Below are positions 1 through 10,396 of a stretch of 64,000 bases of DNA, piece by piece; position 1 is the first letter of the stretch, and every line of letters starts with the position of its first letter. The position numbers and the translations under genes were made by a program. The notes under the pieces are model-generated. The model searched no databases, was not told where the DNA came from, and was given only the letters and a program-made list of their open reading frames with translations. The DNA is from an uncultured Spirochaetia bacterium (GTDB lineage Bacteria; Oederibacteriota; PGYV01; Palsa-1178), in NCBI GenBank assembly GCA_964565765.1, contig CAZMGF010000005.1:1573-65572 (forward strand), written 5' to 3'.

Positions 1-1658
1 TCAACTTCCCCCAGGCATACCGAGAAAGGAAGCGCCGCCCTGTAGGGCCTGCTGGAATTCATGGCGTCAAAAGTATCGGCTATCGCCAGGATCCTCGCGA
101 AGTAAGGGATGTCCTCACCCCTTAAACCGTTCGGATATCCGTTTCCGTCATAACGTTCATGGTGGTGCCTGATTGAAGGTATGATATTTTTCAACTGCGG
201 TATGGACTCTAAAATATTCGCCGCGTATTCAGGGTGTTTCTTTATTTCCTCAAATTCCGCCGGCGTGAGCTTTGCCGGTTTCCTCAGGATGGCTTCATCC
301 ACCCCTATCTTGCCTATATCGTGGAGCAGCCCGGCCAGGTTAAGGTTGTCTATCTCCTCCTGGGAAAATCCAAGCTCTTTTGCTATGAGTTCGGAAAACA
401 TGGTCACACGCTCCGAATGGCCGCGCGTGTACAAATCCTTTGTTTCTATTGCCGCCGAAAGGGACCTTACCGTGTTCAAAAAAAGTTCCCTGACATTGGC
501 GTATAATTTCGCGTTTTCCACGGCAACCGCCGCCTGGTTGGAGAGCGCCTCCAGCATGGATACATCGTCGTCGTTGAAGGGCTCGCTGCTTTTTTTGTTC
601 AAAACTTCAAGGACGCCTATTAGTTTGTCCTTTGTTTTCAGCGGCACAGCGATAACCGATGTGGTCTTGAATTCAGTTTTCTGGTCCGCCTTCTTGAAAA
701 ATCTCGGGTCCCTCTGCGCATCCGCTATAAGCACTGATTTGGATTCCCTTGCCACCCATCCGGCTATTCCTTCGCCGACCGGCACCCTGATATCTTTGAG
801 CTTTTCAGCTTTTGTGCCCGTGGCAGCGGCAAACGATAGCTCCTGTTTATCATCATCAAGCATCATTATGGAGCCTGCCTCGGCATTCAGGGTGTCCGTG
901 GAAATCTCAAGAATCTTCTCAAAAAGCGTATTCAGGTTAAGGGTCGAGTTCACATATTCCGAGAGCTCCATGAGGTGCTCGAGCCTGTGTATCCTGATCC
1001 TGTTCTCCACAAAAAGCTGGGCGTTTTTTATAATGACGCTTATATACGGGGTAAAAGACTGAAGCACATTCATATCAGCCTCGCCAAAGGCCTTTTTCCC
1101 CTTTTTATTAAGAAGTTCCACAACTCCGAGCACTTCATCCTCATACTTTAAGGGCACGCACACTATATTGCGCGTTGTATAATTTATGGCCTTGCCGACC
1201 TTCGGGTTGAACCTCGGGTCGCTTTTTACATCGGGCGTCAAAATCGGCCTGCCGCTCTGCGCCACCCATCCGGCTATGCCTTCTCCCATTTTGAGCCTTA
1301 CATTTTTAAGTTCCGCCCCTTTTTTTCCAAGGGCAACTGTAAAACTCAGTGTGTCGGAGAGCTTATCAACCATCAGAAGCGAGCCGGCGTCAGCTTCGGT
1401 GGCGCGCATTAGCGTCTCAAGGAACCTTTCAAGGAGCACATTAATATCAAAATCTTTATTGGTTATCTCGCCTGCTTCGCGGAGGATGGCCGTCTCTTTT
1501 TCAAGCAGGTCTATCTTTTGCCTGCATTTTTCCAGTTCGGCGCTTTTTTTCACGCCTGCTTCATTAAACGGCGCCGGGCCGTTGTTTTTGAGCCTCTTAT
1601 GTTTTAACTTTTTTAATGCCCTTTTCGCTTCGGCACTGGCTTTCTTTTTACCGGCCAT
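1..1658 (-). CDS. GAF-domain HD-GYP phosphodiesterase (likely c-di-GMP signalling). 3'-partial: the C-terminus runs past coordinate 1
   Basis: Absent from the ORF track because the minus-strand frame is open to the window edge. Manual translation gives [17 protein letters not shown]..., two GAF-like blocks (GEGIAGWVA appears twice), then ...AGLLHDIGKIGV...HPEYAANIL...IRHHHERYDGNGYPNGLRGEDIPYFARILAIADTFDAM..., the canonical HD and HHExxDGxGYP motifs. The ATG at 1656-1658 overlaps the trpA stop codon (TAATG). Plus-strand ORFs 181..1062 and 1186..1683 are antisense artefacts. Confidence 0.8.
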   Translation of the reverse strand, partial: MAGKKKASAEAKRALKKLKHKRLKNNGPAPFNEAGVKKSAELEKCRQKIDLLEKETAILREAGEITNKDFDINVLLERFLETLMRATEADAGSLLMVDKLSDTLSFTVALGKKGAELKNVRLKMGEGIAGWVAQSGRPILTPDVKSDPRFNPKVGKAINYTTRNIVCVPLKYEDEVLGVVELLNKKGKKAFGEADMNVLQSFTPYISVIIKNAQLFVENRIRIHRLEHLMELSEYVNSTLNLNTLFEKILEISTDTLNAEAGSIMMLDDDKQELSFAAATGTKAEKLKDIRVPVGEGIAGWVARESKSVLIADAQRDPRFFKKADQKTEFKTTSVIAVPLKTKDKLIGVLEVLNKKSSEPFNDDDVSMLEALSNQAAVAVENAKLYANVRELFLNTVRSLSAAIETKDLYTRGHSERVTMFSELIAKELGFSQEEIDNLNLAGLLHDIGKIGVDEAILRKPAKLTPAEFEEIKKHPEYAANILESIPQLKNIIPSIRHHHERYDGNGYPNGLRGEDIPYFARILAIADTFDAMNSSRPYRAALPFSVCLGEV

Positions 1659-2437
1659 TATAACCTCTTTAGGAAGTTTTTGACAAATTTCCCGATTTCG
1701 ACCTTGAGTCTGGAACTTTTCCGGCCAAACTTTTCAACAAGCGAAACAAAAGCGCTTCCAATAATAACGCCGTCGGCGTGGGCCGCAACTTCAAAAGCCT
1801 GCCCGGGCGTGGAGATTCCAAATCCAGCAAAAACCGGCTTCCCGGCCTCTTTTTTAATGGCTCTAAGCGCCTTAAGGTCTCCTGAAATACTTTTTCTGGC
1901 GCCTGTAACACCTTTTTGCAGTATATAATACACAAAACCATCGGATTTTTCTACAATTTTTTTCATTCTGCCCGGTGTATTTGTGGGTGAAACAAGGCAA
2001 ATTACGTAAAACCCTCTTTTTTTGCAGTAATTATAGAACTCAGCCTCCTCGTCAAAGGGCAGGTCCGGGATTATAGCCCCGTCCACTCCGGCTTTTAGGG
2101 CGTCATCAACAAACTTTTTAATGCCGTAACTGAGAATAAGGTTGTAATAAAGCATAAAAACAAGTGGTGTTTCAACCGATTTTCTTATCCTGTTTACCAT
2201 ATCCATTGTTTTTCCCATTGTCGTGCCGTTCGCTATTGCCCTTTCACCCGCCCTCTGTATGGTGGGCCCGTCCGCCACCGGGTCGGAAAAAGGAACGCCG
2301 ATTTCTATCAGCGATACCCCGGATGCCGCAAGGGATCGGACTATATCTTCTGTTGTACTGATGTCAGGGTCCCCTGCCATTGTATATATTACAAGATGCT
2401 TTTTTGATTTATCTTTAAGCGCGTCAATGCGGTTCAT
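1658..2437 (-). CDS. trpA: tryptophan synthase alpha subunit
   Basis: 259 aa with TrpA-like sequence throughout (…[15 protein letters not shown]…), last gene of a trp operon. Confidence 0.9.
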   Translation of the reverse strand: MNRIDALKDKSKKHLVIYTMAGDPDISTTEDIVRSLAASGVSLIEIGVPFSDPVADGPTIQRAGERAIANGTTMGKTMDMVNRIRKSVETPLVFMLYYNLILSYGIKKFVDDALKAGVDGAIIPDLPFDEEAEFYNYCKKRGFYVICLVSPTNTPGRMKKIVEKSDGFVYYILQKGVTGARKSISGDLKALRAIKKEAGKPVFAGFGISTPGQAFEVAAHADGVIIGSAFVSLVEKFGRKSSRLKVEIGKFVKNFLKRL

Positions 2438-3618
2438 TTTCCGCCCTCCCCGCTGTATTCCATTATTGTACCCATATCCTTATCTCCCCGTCCCGAGACA
2501 TTTACAATAACAATATCGCTCTTTTTTAATTTCATTTTTTCCAGGTATGCCAGGGCATGCGATGACTCAAGCGCAGGTATTATCCCCTCTGATCTTGAAA
2601 GCAGCCTGCACGCCGAGAGAGCATCAGTGTCAAGGGCATAAACATATTTAACCCTCCCTGTTTCTTTTAAAAACGCGTGTTCCGGCCCTACGCCGGGATA
2701 ATCAAGCCCCGCTGAAATTGAATGGGTCCCCATAATCTGGCCGTTTTCATCCTGGAGCACTATGGACTTGGCCCCGTGCAGCACCCCGACGCGCCCTTCG
2801 TTAAGGGTTGCGGAGTGTTTGCCGGATTTTATGCCCAGTCCGCCGGCTTCAACGCCGGTAAGTTTTACTTTTTTATCTTTCAAAAACGGGTAAAATATTC
2901 CCATGGCGTTTGAGCCTCCGCCGACGCACGCTATTATGTGGTCGGGCAGAGAGCCCTCGGATAAAAGTATCTGCTTTTTTGCTTCTTTGCCTATCACGGA
3001 CTGAAAATCCCTGACCATCTCAGGATAAGGGTGAAAACCGGCCACAGAGCCTATTATATAAAAAGTCGTATCCACGTTTTTGAGCCAGTCACGGATTGCC
3101 TCGTTCATGGCGTCTTTCAGGGTCCTTGTGCCGGATTTTACCGGCACCACTTCGGTGCCAAGCAGCCTCATTCTGAAAACATTCAGGGCCTGCCGCCTCA
3201 TATCCTCTTCGCCCATGTAAACCGCGCATTCCAGGCCGAACATGGCTGCTACAGTCGCGGTCGCGACGCCGTGCTGGCCCGCGCCGGTCTCGGCTATTAT
3301 TCTTTTTTTGCCCATGCGCCGCGCCAGAAGTATCTGACCCATTGTGTTGTTTATTTTATGCGCGCCCGTGTGGCAGAGATCCTCCCTTTTCAGGTATATC
3401 TTCGCACCGTACATTTTTGACAGCCTGTCGGCCCTGTATAGAGGCGTCGGCCTGCCCACGTAATATTTCAGGTAATAATCAAGTTCCTTTTTGAATAAAG
3501 GGTCCTTTTTCGCGGCGTAATAACACTCCTCAAGCTCATCCACAAGCGCCCTTAATGTCTCGGGGGCGAACTTTCCGCCGTACATTCCGAAGAAACCTTT
3601 TTTGTCGGGTAATCTCAT
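2434..3618 (-). CDS. trpB: tryptophan synthase beta subunit
   Basis: 394 aa with PLP-enzyme motifs HTGAHKINN and GGGSNAMG. Overlaps trpA by 4 nt. Confidence 0.95.
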   Translation of the reverse strand: MRLPDKKGFFGMYGGKFAPETLRALVDELEECYYAAKKDPLFKKELDYYLKYYVGRPTPLYRADRLSKMYGAKIYLKREDLCHTGAHKINNTMGQILLARRMGKKRIIAETGAGQHGVATATVAAMFGLECAVYMGEEDMRRQALNVFRMRLLGTEVVPVKSGTRTLKDAMNEAIRDWLKNVDTTFYIIGSVAGFHPYPEMVRDFQSVIGKEAKKQILLSEGSLPDHIIACVGGGSNAMGIFYPFLKDKKVKLTGVEAGGLGIKSGKHSATLNEGRVGVLHGAKSIVLQDENGQIMGTHSISAGLDYPGVGPEHAFLKETGRVKYVYALDTDALSACRLLSRSEGIIPALESSHALAYLEKMKLKKSDIVIVNVSGRGDKDMGTIMEYSGEGGK

Positions 3619-3619
3619 C

Positions 3620-4246
3620 TTATGCTCCTGTTCTGGCCGTTTCTTTAAAAAATTTTATCATTTTCTTTTTATCTTTTACTCCGGGCTTTTTCTCCACGCC
3701 GGACGAGACATCAACGCCGTACGGTTCCGCCGCTTTTATTGCCGATAGAACATTTTCCGGTGTCAGGCCGCCGGCGACAAAAAACGGCTTGTTTACGCGC
3801 GCCTTTTTTACCATTTTCCAGTCAAATGTTTTGCCGGTGCCGCCGTATGAATCCTTTTTGAATGTGTCGAACAGGAATGCGTCCGCGCTGTTCCCGTAGA
3901 GCTTAACCTGTTTTTTCATGTCAGAAAGCGTCTTTATTCTTATAACCTTGAATATGAGCGCGTTCTTTATCTTTTTTAAATATGCCGGCGGTTCATTGCC
4001 GGAGAGCTGTACAATATTCAGCTTCAGCTCTTTTATTATGGAGTTTACTTTCACGGGGTCCTCATCGACAAAAACCCCCGCCTTTAATACACGGGGCCTT
4101 AATTTCTTTATGATCGCTTTTGCGCCCGCAGGTGTTATCCTGCGCGGGCTCGGCGCGAAAATAAAACCTGTTATCCCGGCTCCAAGCTTCTGCGCAAGCA
4201 TGGCGTCTTTAATGTTTGTCAGCCCGCATATTTTTACTGTTGTCAT
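3620..4246 (-). CDS. trpF: phosphoribosylanthranilate isomerase
   Basis: 208 aa, N-terminus [10 protein letters not shown]..., TrpF-like TIM-barrel protein; sits between trpC and trpB. Confidence 0.85.
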   Translation of the reverse strand: MTTVKICGLTNIKDAMLAQKLGAGITGFIFAPSPRRITPAGAKAIIKKLRPRVLKAGVFVDEDPVKVNSIIKELKLNIVQLSGNEPPAYLKKIKNALIFKVIRIKTLSDMKKQVKLYGNSADAFLFDTFKKDSYGGTGKTFDWKMVKKARVNKPFFVAGGLTPENVLSAIKAAEPYGVDVSSGVEKKPGVKDKKKMIKFFKETARTGA

Positions 4247-4247
4247 T

Positions 4248-5042
4248 TTAGCTGCCGAATTTGCTGTTTATCCTGCTGATGGTCTCTTTTATCTGCTTCT
4301 CGTTCATTTTCATGAACATCGTGCCGATAAGGGCGCCTTTTATCCTGCTGTCGGTTACCAGCGCGTCCATATCGGAAACATCCAGTATGCCCGATTCAAT
4401 TATTACATATTTGTCGCGCGGCACGATTTTAATCAGGTTTTTTATCGAGCCAAAATTTATCTTGAAGGTCTTCAGATCCCTTGTGTTTATGCCTATAATG
4501 TCCACGCCGGAGCTGACTGCTTTTGCCATATCGTCGCTGCTGTGGACCTCGACAATGGGAGTCATGTTCAGGAACCTTGTCTTTTTAACGAACTGGGATA
4601 CCTGCTTTTTTTCAAGCGCCGCGGCGATAATCAGCACAGCGTCGGCTTTCGCCCACCTGGACTCATATATCTGATATTCATCTATGATGAAATCCTTCCT
4701 CAAAACCGGAAGCCCGCAGTATTTTTTTACCTCATCTATGTATTCCAGTCTGCCGTCGAAGAATTTTTTGTCGGTGACGACGGATATGGCCCTGGCGCCT
4801 GCGGCCTCATAGGTTTTGGCAATGCTCTTCACGCTTATTGCCGCCTTTATGGTGCCCTTTGAAGGTGATTTCTTCTTTATTTCCGCAATAACGGAAAAAT
4901 CATTGTATTCAAATATATCCCTGAAATTCCTGTTCGCCGGCGACCTCGTTATATCCTCAAGCATCTTTTCCAGCGGCATCTTTTCCTTCTTTAATTTAAC
5001 CTCGGCCTTTTTGGCCTTTATTATCTTTTTTAATATGCTCAT
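4248..5042 (-). CDS. trpC: indole-3-glycerol-phosphate synthase
   Basis: 264 aa IGPS-like sequence; operon context trpD-trpC-trpF. Confidence 0.85.
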   Translation of the reverse strand: MSILKKIIKAKKAEVKLKKEKMPLEKMLEDITRSPANRNFRDIFEYNDFSVIAEIKKKSPSKGTIKAAISVKSIAKTYEAAGARAISVVTDKKFFDGRLEYIDEVKKYCGLPVLRKDFIIDEYQIYESRWAKADAVLIIAAALEKKQVSQFVKKTRFLNMTPIVEVHSSDDMAKAVSSGVDIIGINTRDLKTFKINFGSIKNLIKIVPRDKYVIIESGILDVSDMDALVTDSRIKGALIGTMFMKMNEKQIKETISRINSKFGS

Positions 5043-5075
5043 CTTACGCCTCCTGAAATTTTTTATCCCGTATGC

Positions 5076-6089
5076 TCAGCTGTTCGAGCATTCCGCAAAT
5101 TCACGCAGCTTGGTTTTCGCCATGCCGCTGCTGATTATTTCTTCCGCCAGTTTCATGCCTTCCTGCGGAGTCTTTACCCTGTCCGCTATGTAAAGGGCGA
5201 AGCCGGCGTTAAGTATTATAACGTCCCTGTACGGCCCTGTCTGGCCGCCGTCAAAAATCTCCCGCAGTATTTTCGCGTTCTGCTCCGGGCCGCCCCCTTT
5301 TACCGCTTCCATAGGGGCCTCTTTTATGCCGAAGTCCGACGGTTTTATATAATATGTTTCAATCCCGCCGTTCTTTAATTCCGAAACTTTCGTCGGGCCG
5401 GCCAGCGTTATTTCATCCATGTTGCCTGCCCCGCATACAACGGCGGAATGTACCATGCCCATATTCTTCAGCACACCTGCTATCTTCTCGGTGAGCGTCT
5501 CGGAAAAAACCCCCATGAGATGGTGTGTGTTCCTTGCAGGGTTTATTATGGGCCCCAGCAGGTTGAATATGGTCCTGACTCCCAGCTCCTTTCGCACACC
5601 CATGGCGAATTTCATGGCCGTGTGTGACGCGGGCGCAAAGAAAAATCCTATATGGACCGTTTCTACGCATTTCTTTATCTTTTCATGGGGTATATCGGTG
5701 TTTACCCCGAGGGCCTTAAGAACGTCGGCGCTGCCGCACTCGGAGGTCACGGAACGGTTGCCGTGTTTTGCCACCGCAATTCCCGCTGCCGCTGCTATTA
5801 TGGAAACCGCCGTGGAAATATTTATAGTGCCGTAGCCGTCCCCTCCCGTGCCGCAGGTATCAAGTATGATGTCTTCGTCGAGCTCGACGTACTGCGCCTT
5901 TTCGCGCATTACCATAGCCGCGGCTGTTATTTCCTCGACTGTTTCGCCCTTCATTTTTAAACCCGTAAGAAAAGCGGCAATCTGCGCGTCCGTGGTCTGC
6001 CCGGTCATTATTATATCAAAGGCGTCCCTCATCTCTTCAAATGTGAGGTCCTGCCTCTCTGTGACTTTTTTAATAAATTTCTTTAACAT
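5076..6089 (-). CDS. trpD: anthranilate phosphoribosyltransferase
   Basis: 337 aa with the GTGGDG motif and TrpD-like sequence overall. Confidence 0.9.
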   Translation of the reverse strand: MLKKFIKKVTERQDLTFEEMRDAFDIIMTGQTTDAQIAAFLTGLKMKGETVEEITAAAMVMREKAQYVELDEDIILDTCGTGGDGYGTINISTAVSIIAAAAGIAVAKHGNRSVTSECGSADVLKALGVNTDIPHEKIKKCVETVHIGFFFAPASHTAMKFAMGVRKELGVRTIFNLLGPIINPARNTHHLMGVFSETLTEKIAGVLKNMGMVHSAVVCGAGNMDEITLAGPTKVSELKNGGIETYYIKPSDFGIKEAPMEAVKGGGPEQNAKILREIFDGGQTGPYRDVIILNAGFALYIADRVKTPQEGMKLAEEIISSGMAKTKLREFAECSNS

Positions 6090-6115
6090 TCACAGGCCTC
6101 CCGGCTTTTTTCTTA

Positions 6116-6874
6116 TCAGATATTCAGAACTCTTGCGGCCGTTTGGGCCGTTATTTCTTCAACCTTTTCAGCGCTTGTCCCCTTTATCCCTGCTATCATT
6201 TTAGCTATTTCCTTCAGGTATGCCGGCTCGTTTCTTTTCCCCCTGAAAGGCTGCGGCGCCAGCCACGGCGCGTCAGTTTCAAGTACAATGCTATCAAGGG
6301 GGGTGTTCCTTACAGCAGCTGCAAGCTCCCCGGTATTAGGAAAAGTAACAACTCCGCCTATCCCGAGCACGAAACCCATATCCAAAAATTGCGCCGCAGT
6401 CTTTGCGCCCCCTGTAAAGCAGTGTATTATTCCTTTTTTTTGCAGGTCATATTTTTTTAATATTTTTATGACATCATCGTGCGCTTCCCTGCTGTGTATC
6501 ACAACCGGAAGGTTAAGCTGGTCCGCCAGCCCCAGAAATTTCCTGAAGACATTTTCCTGATCTGCCCTTGACGTCGTGCTTCTGAAATAATCAAGGCCTA
6601 TTTCCCCGACGGCCACAGCGTTTTTCTGCGCCTTAAAATATCCTTTTATTTCACCGTAAACTTCATCCGAAAATTCGCCGGTGTTATGCGGGTGCAGGCC
6701 GAACGCCTTGTAAACACCATTTATTTCAAGCGCGGCTATTTTTCTTATTTCCTTAAGTTCCGCGCTTACATTTAAGAACTTTACCACCCCTGCTTTTGCG
6801 GCCCTTGCGAGCGTCTCCTGCCTGTCGCCGTCATACTTTTCGTCGCAAAGATGGACGTGTGTTTCAACTATCAT
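6116..6874 (-). CDS. TatD-family metal-dependent hydrolase (YabD-like)
   Basis: 252 aa with the HxH metal-binding start (ETHVHL) typical of TatD. Adjacent to metG, as in Firmicutes metG-yabD synteny. Confidence 0.8.
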   Translation of the reverse strand: MIVETHVHLCDEKYDGDRQETLARAAKAGVVKFLNVSAELKEIRKIAALEINGVYKAFGLHPHNTGEFSDEVYGEIKGYFKAQKNAVAVGEIGLDYFRSTTSRADQENVFRKFLGLADQLNLPVVIHSREAHDDVIKILKKYDLQKKGIIHCFTGGAKTAAQFLDMGFVLGIGGVVTFPNTGELAAAVRNTPLDSIVLETDAPWLAPQPFRGKRNEPAYLKEIAKMIAGIKGTSAEKVEEITAQTAARVLNI

Positions 6875-6908
6875 GTTTTGCTCCGTGATATTATAAACTT
6901 TTTTGCCG

Positions 6909-8483
6909 CTATTTTTTTATTGCGGGGCCCGCGGCCTGATCCTTCTTTTCTTCCATTATCCTGGGAAAAAGCGCCTCGCCCTTGCTTACTTTAATCCCCT
7001 TCCATACGAAACCGTAATTCAGCGTTTCATCCATATCAAGTGATTCTGTTTTATATGAAAGCCCCAATTTTTCCCATATTTTTACCGCAGTCGACGGCAT
7101 GACCGGTGCAAGCGCGATAGACGCGAGCCTGATTGTCTCCAGAAGAAGGTTGAGTACGCTTTCAAGTTCTTCTGTTTTTCCGGCCTTCTGCAGGTTCCAC
7201 GGAGCCTCATCCTCAATCAGTTTATTTGCGGCTCCCGTAAGGCCGAATACCAGCGCGATGGCGCCGGAAAAATTATAAATGTCCATGGCCGCGAAGTACT
7301 TCTCTTTAAGAGCGCGCGCGAGCGCCTCAAGTGCCTTCATTTTTTCATCCATCGCTCCCGGATGAAGCTCCGGCGCGAGGCCGCCGCAGTATTTTTCAAC
7401 CATGTTATTGGACCTGCTCACAAGGTTCCCGAGGTCGTTGGCGAGATCCGTGTTAAATCCAAGTTTTATGGCTTCTTCGTTGAAATCGCCGTCATCGCCG
7501 TTTATCACTTTTGCCGCGAAATAATACCTTACCGCGTCAGTCCCGTATTTTTCAGCCATTTCTACGGGGTCGACAACGTTGCCCTTTGTCTTTGACATCT
7601 TTTCCCCCCTGTTAAGCAGGAAACCGTGGGCAAATATTTCCTTCGGCAGCTTGAGCCCGGCGCTCATAAGCATTATGGGCCAGATTATGCAGTGAAATTT
7701 TATAATGTCCTTGCCTATGATATGAACATCCGCGGGCCACCATTTTTCAAACTTCACGTCATCCGCCGCGTAGCCCGCCGCTGTTATATAATTTATCAGC
7801 GCGTCGAACCAGACATAAACTGTCTGACCCGGGTCATTTGGAAGGCTTATCCCCCAGCCTATGCCGGAGCGGGAAACAGATATATCCCTGAAGCCCTGCT
7901 TTAGCATTGAGAGTATCTCGTTGCGCCTGGTTTCCGGGTTTATTACAAATTCACCCGATTCAATCATTGAGCGCAGTTTGTCCGTGTATTTTGTGAGCCT
8001 GATAAAATAATTTTCTTCCTTAATAAGGTCCGCCTTGATTCCGTGTACCCTGCACAGCTTGTCTTCGGTGAGTTCAGCCGGAGAATAAAAAGCCTCGCAT
8101 GACCTGCAGTACCATCCCTCGTAATGATCCTTATAAATATCACCCGCCCTGTTTATCGCCTCAAAAAGGCGGGATACGGACTTTTCATGGCGGGGTTCGG
8201 TGGTCTGGATAAAGTCGGTTATGGATATATTATAAAGCCCGCAGAGTTCCCTGAAATTTACGGCCATTGAGTCGCAAAAAGCCTTCGGGTCCATACCTAG
8301 TTCTTTGGCCTTCGCCGCAACATTAAGGCTGTGTTCGTCCGTGCCTGTGCTGAAATAAACGTCAAAACCGCGAAGCCTTTTATACCGGGCGGTTATATCG
8401 GAAATTACTTTCTCGTAAGCGTGGCCCGCGTGGGGTTTCGAATTGGCGTAATCTATGGCTGTGGTTATATAGAACTTTTTCAT
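6909..8483 (-). CDS. metG: methionine--tRNA ligase (short form)
   Basis: 524 aa with class-I HIGH-type signature (…SKPHAGHAYE…) and KMSKT motif (KMSKTKGNVVDP). Confidence 0.9.
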   Translation of the reverse strand: MKKFYITTAIDYANSKPHAGHAYEKVISDITARYKRLRGFDVYFSTGTDEHSLNVAAKAKELGMDPKAFCDSMAVNFRELCGLYNISITDFIQTTEPRHEKSVSRLFEAINRAGDIYKDHYEGWYCRSCEAFYSPAELTEDKLCRVHGIKADLIKEENYFIRLTKYTDKLRSMIESGEFVINPETRRNEILSMLKQGFRDISVSRSGIGWGISLPNDPGQTVYVWFDALINYITAAGYAADDVKFEKWWPADVHIIGKDIIKFHCIIWPIMLMSAGLKLPKEIFAHGFLLNRGEKMSKTKGNVVDPVEMAEKYGTDAVRYYFAAKVINGDDGDFNEEAIKLGFNTDLANDLGNLVSRSNNMVEKYCGGLAPELHPGAMDEKMKALEALARALKEKYFAAMDIYNFSGAIALVFGLTGAANKLIEDEAPWNLQKAGKTEELESVLNLLLETIRLASIALAPVMPSTAVKIWEKLGLSYKTESLDMDETLNYGFVWKGIKVSKGEALFPRIMEEKKDQAAGPAIKK

Positions 8484-8558
8484 TTTTACTTTTCCCTTCA
8501 GGAAAGTTTAGGAAAAATACCCGCCGCTACATTAATAAACTTCATTTAAATCACAGAT

Positions 8559-9320
8559 TCAGCTTTTATCCGGGCTCCACTGCACGTCGGCCTCTGTATC
8601 GGACGGGGTTTCATCCATGATTACTTCCATATTGTCGCCGTCCGACGCCGCTGCAAGCCGCTGGAAGAGCGATGCCGCCGCCGGCGCCTCGTATTTTTCA
8701 TAAGCCAGGCAGCACAACAGCCTTCCGCATACCCCGGAGATCTTTGTCGGATTAAGCGGCAGCCCCTGGTTTTTTGCCATTTTTATCGTTATCGGAGAAA
8801 ATGATTTTAAGTGATTTTTGCAGCAGCAGATCCTGCCGCAGATTCCGACGGCGCCTATCTTCTTGGCGTATTCCCTCCTGCTTATCTGCCTGAGTTCTAT
8901 CTTTACCCTCAATGTCTTAACCAGGTCCTTTAAGAGCTCCCTGAAATCCACCCTTTTTTCCGCGACAAAAAAGAAGACCACTTTTTTCAGGTCGTCTGTA
9001 TATTTGACGTCAACGAGCTTCATTACCAGGTTGCGGGACTCTATCCTCTTCAGGCAGAAATCCTTCGCCTTCTCTTCCATGCGGTCCTTTTTCTGTTCGA
9101 ACACCTCGAGCTTATCCGTGATGTATTCCATAACCCTGCGCAGCGGGGCGTAAATCTTGTCCGGCTCAACAAAAAAATTGGAGAGGCTTACCTCTCCTTC
9201 GCGCGAACCATCAACGGTCTCCACAACGCATTTCTCGCCCTTTTCAAGATGGAGCTTCTGAGGGTTATAATATAAAATTCTTTCGTCTTCCTTGAACTTG
9301 ATACCGACTACCTCTATCAT
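8559..9320 (-). CDS. PSP1 C-terminal domain protein (YaaT/RicT family)
   Basis: 253 aa with cysteine-rich PSP1-like segments (GICGRICCC, CGRLLCC). Conserved position downstream of holB. Confidence 0.7.
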   Translation of the reverse strand: MIEVVGIKFKEDERILYYNPQKLHLEKGEKCVVETVDGSREGEVSLSNFFVEPDKIYAPLRRVMEYITDKLEVFEQKKDRMEEKAKDFCLKRIESRNLVMKLVDVKYTDDLKKVVFFFVAEKRVDFRELLKDLVKTLRVKIELRQISRREYAKKIGAVGICGRICCCKNHLKSFSPITIKMAKNQGLPLNPTKISGVCGRLLCCLAYEKYEAPAAASLFQRLAAASDGDNMEVIMDETPSDTEADVQWSPDKS

Positions 9321-10396
9321 CAGCTTAAACCTTCCTTTCGTATCTGAAAAAGCAAATTCGAAAAAACAACGCCGACATTGGCGTTTGCCTCAACGTCGGC
9401 GCCCGATCTTTCAAGCAGCCTTATAATTGCTGTTATTTTTTCCGGCGCGTAATCCTTTACGTCGGAAGAATTAATGCCGTACCTCGGCCTTAATACTGTT
9501 TTTAAACCGAGTTTCTCCAGCATATAATCCCTATAAATATATGACAATATCCTGATAATATCAAGCAGAAATATGCGCGCAATGCCTGTTTTTTTAGCTT
9601 TCTTTTCTCGTTCTTTCCCGAGCTTGTAAAGTTCTTCCACTCGCTTGACCGCCTCAAAGACGGCTTCAACATTGTCCTTTCTGCCTGAAACCGCCATAAA
9701 AACCCCTGCCGCGTCGCGCATTTCTTCTTTTATCTCCTGGTACCTGAGCGCGTCGCCTATCCTGCCGCTGGAGAATTCAGCCGCTTCAGCCATCTGCTCA
9801 GGACTCCAGCCGGGCCTTGCGGCTGCCAGTGCCTTTTTGATATCCGCCGGCGGCGCCCTGCGCAGGTCGGCCCTGCGGCACCTGGAAAGTATTGTTGGAA
9901 GCATATCGTCGGGATTGTTCACAATCAGCATAAAAACAACATCTTTGTGAGGTTCTTCAAGCATCTTTAATATCGAATTGGCCGCGGGCGCGTTCATTCT
10001 TTCAGCGTCCTGGATTATCAGTATTTTCTTTTTCAACTGAACGCCCTTGAATGAATTTATCTCGGAGAGGGCGTCGCGTACAAGCTCTTTTGTAATCTGC
10101 GATTTCTCGGTGTTCACATATTTTATATCCGGATGCGGATATTGCTGTTCCCCCTGTCCGTCAAGGGCGCCCAGGGTCTTTTCCAGGAGAAGGCAGTTGT
10201 CGCATACATCACAGCAGTCCCCGCCCGGCCCGGGTTTTTTACAGTTGAGCGCCTTGGCGAACTGCCTGGCGGCGAAATTTTTCCCGGTATTTTCCTCGCC
10301 GGAAAATATAAAAGCCGTCCCGTACTTGCCCCCGGTAACCGTAAGCAGGAGCATCCTTTTAAGCGAAGGGTTTCCCGCTATATCCGCAATGGCCAT
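9320..10396 (-). CDS. holB: DNA polymerase III delta-prime subunit
   Basis: 358 aa AAA+ clamp-loader with a Walker A-like motif (SGEENTGKNF) and a zinc-module cysteine cluster (CCDVCDNC). tmk-holB-yaaT synteny. Confidence 0.8.
   Translation of the reverse strand: MAIADIAGNPSLKRMLLLTVTGGKYGTAFIFSGEENTGKNFAARQFAKALNCKKPGPGGDCCDVCDNCLLLEKTLGALDGQGEQQYPHPDIKYVNTEKSQITKELVRDALSEINSFKGVQLKKKILIIQDAERMNAPAANSILKMLEEPHKDVVFMLIVNNPDDMLPTILSRCRRADLRRAPPADIKKALAAARPGWSPEQMAEAAEFSSGRIGDALRYQEIKEEMRDAAGVFMAVSGRKDNVEAVFEAVKRVEELYKLGKEREKKAKKTGIARIFLLDIIRILSYIYRDYMLEKLGLKTVLRPRYGINSSDVKDYAPEKITAIIRLLERSGADVEANANVGVVFSNLLFQIRKEGLS

Noticed and set aside
181-1683. Plus-strand ORFs 181..1062 (293 aa), 234..506 and 1186..1683
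   Set aside because: Low-complexity, Ser/Phe-rich translations that lie antisense to a clearly conserved HD-GYP/GAF gene on the minus strand.
6090-6115. trp attenuator or T-box leader upstream of trpD
   Set aside because: Only 26 nt separate the tatD stop from the trpD start, which leaves no room for a leader peptide or riboswitch; the operon appears co-transcribed from upstream.
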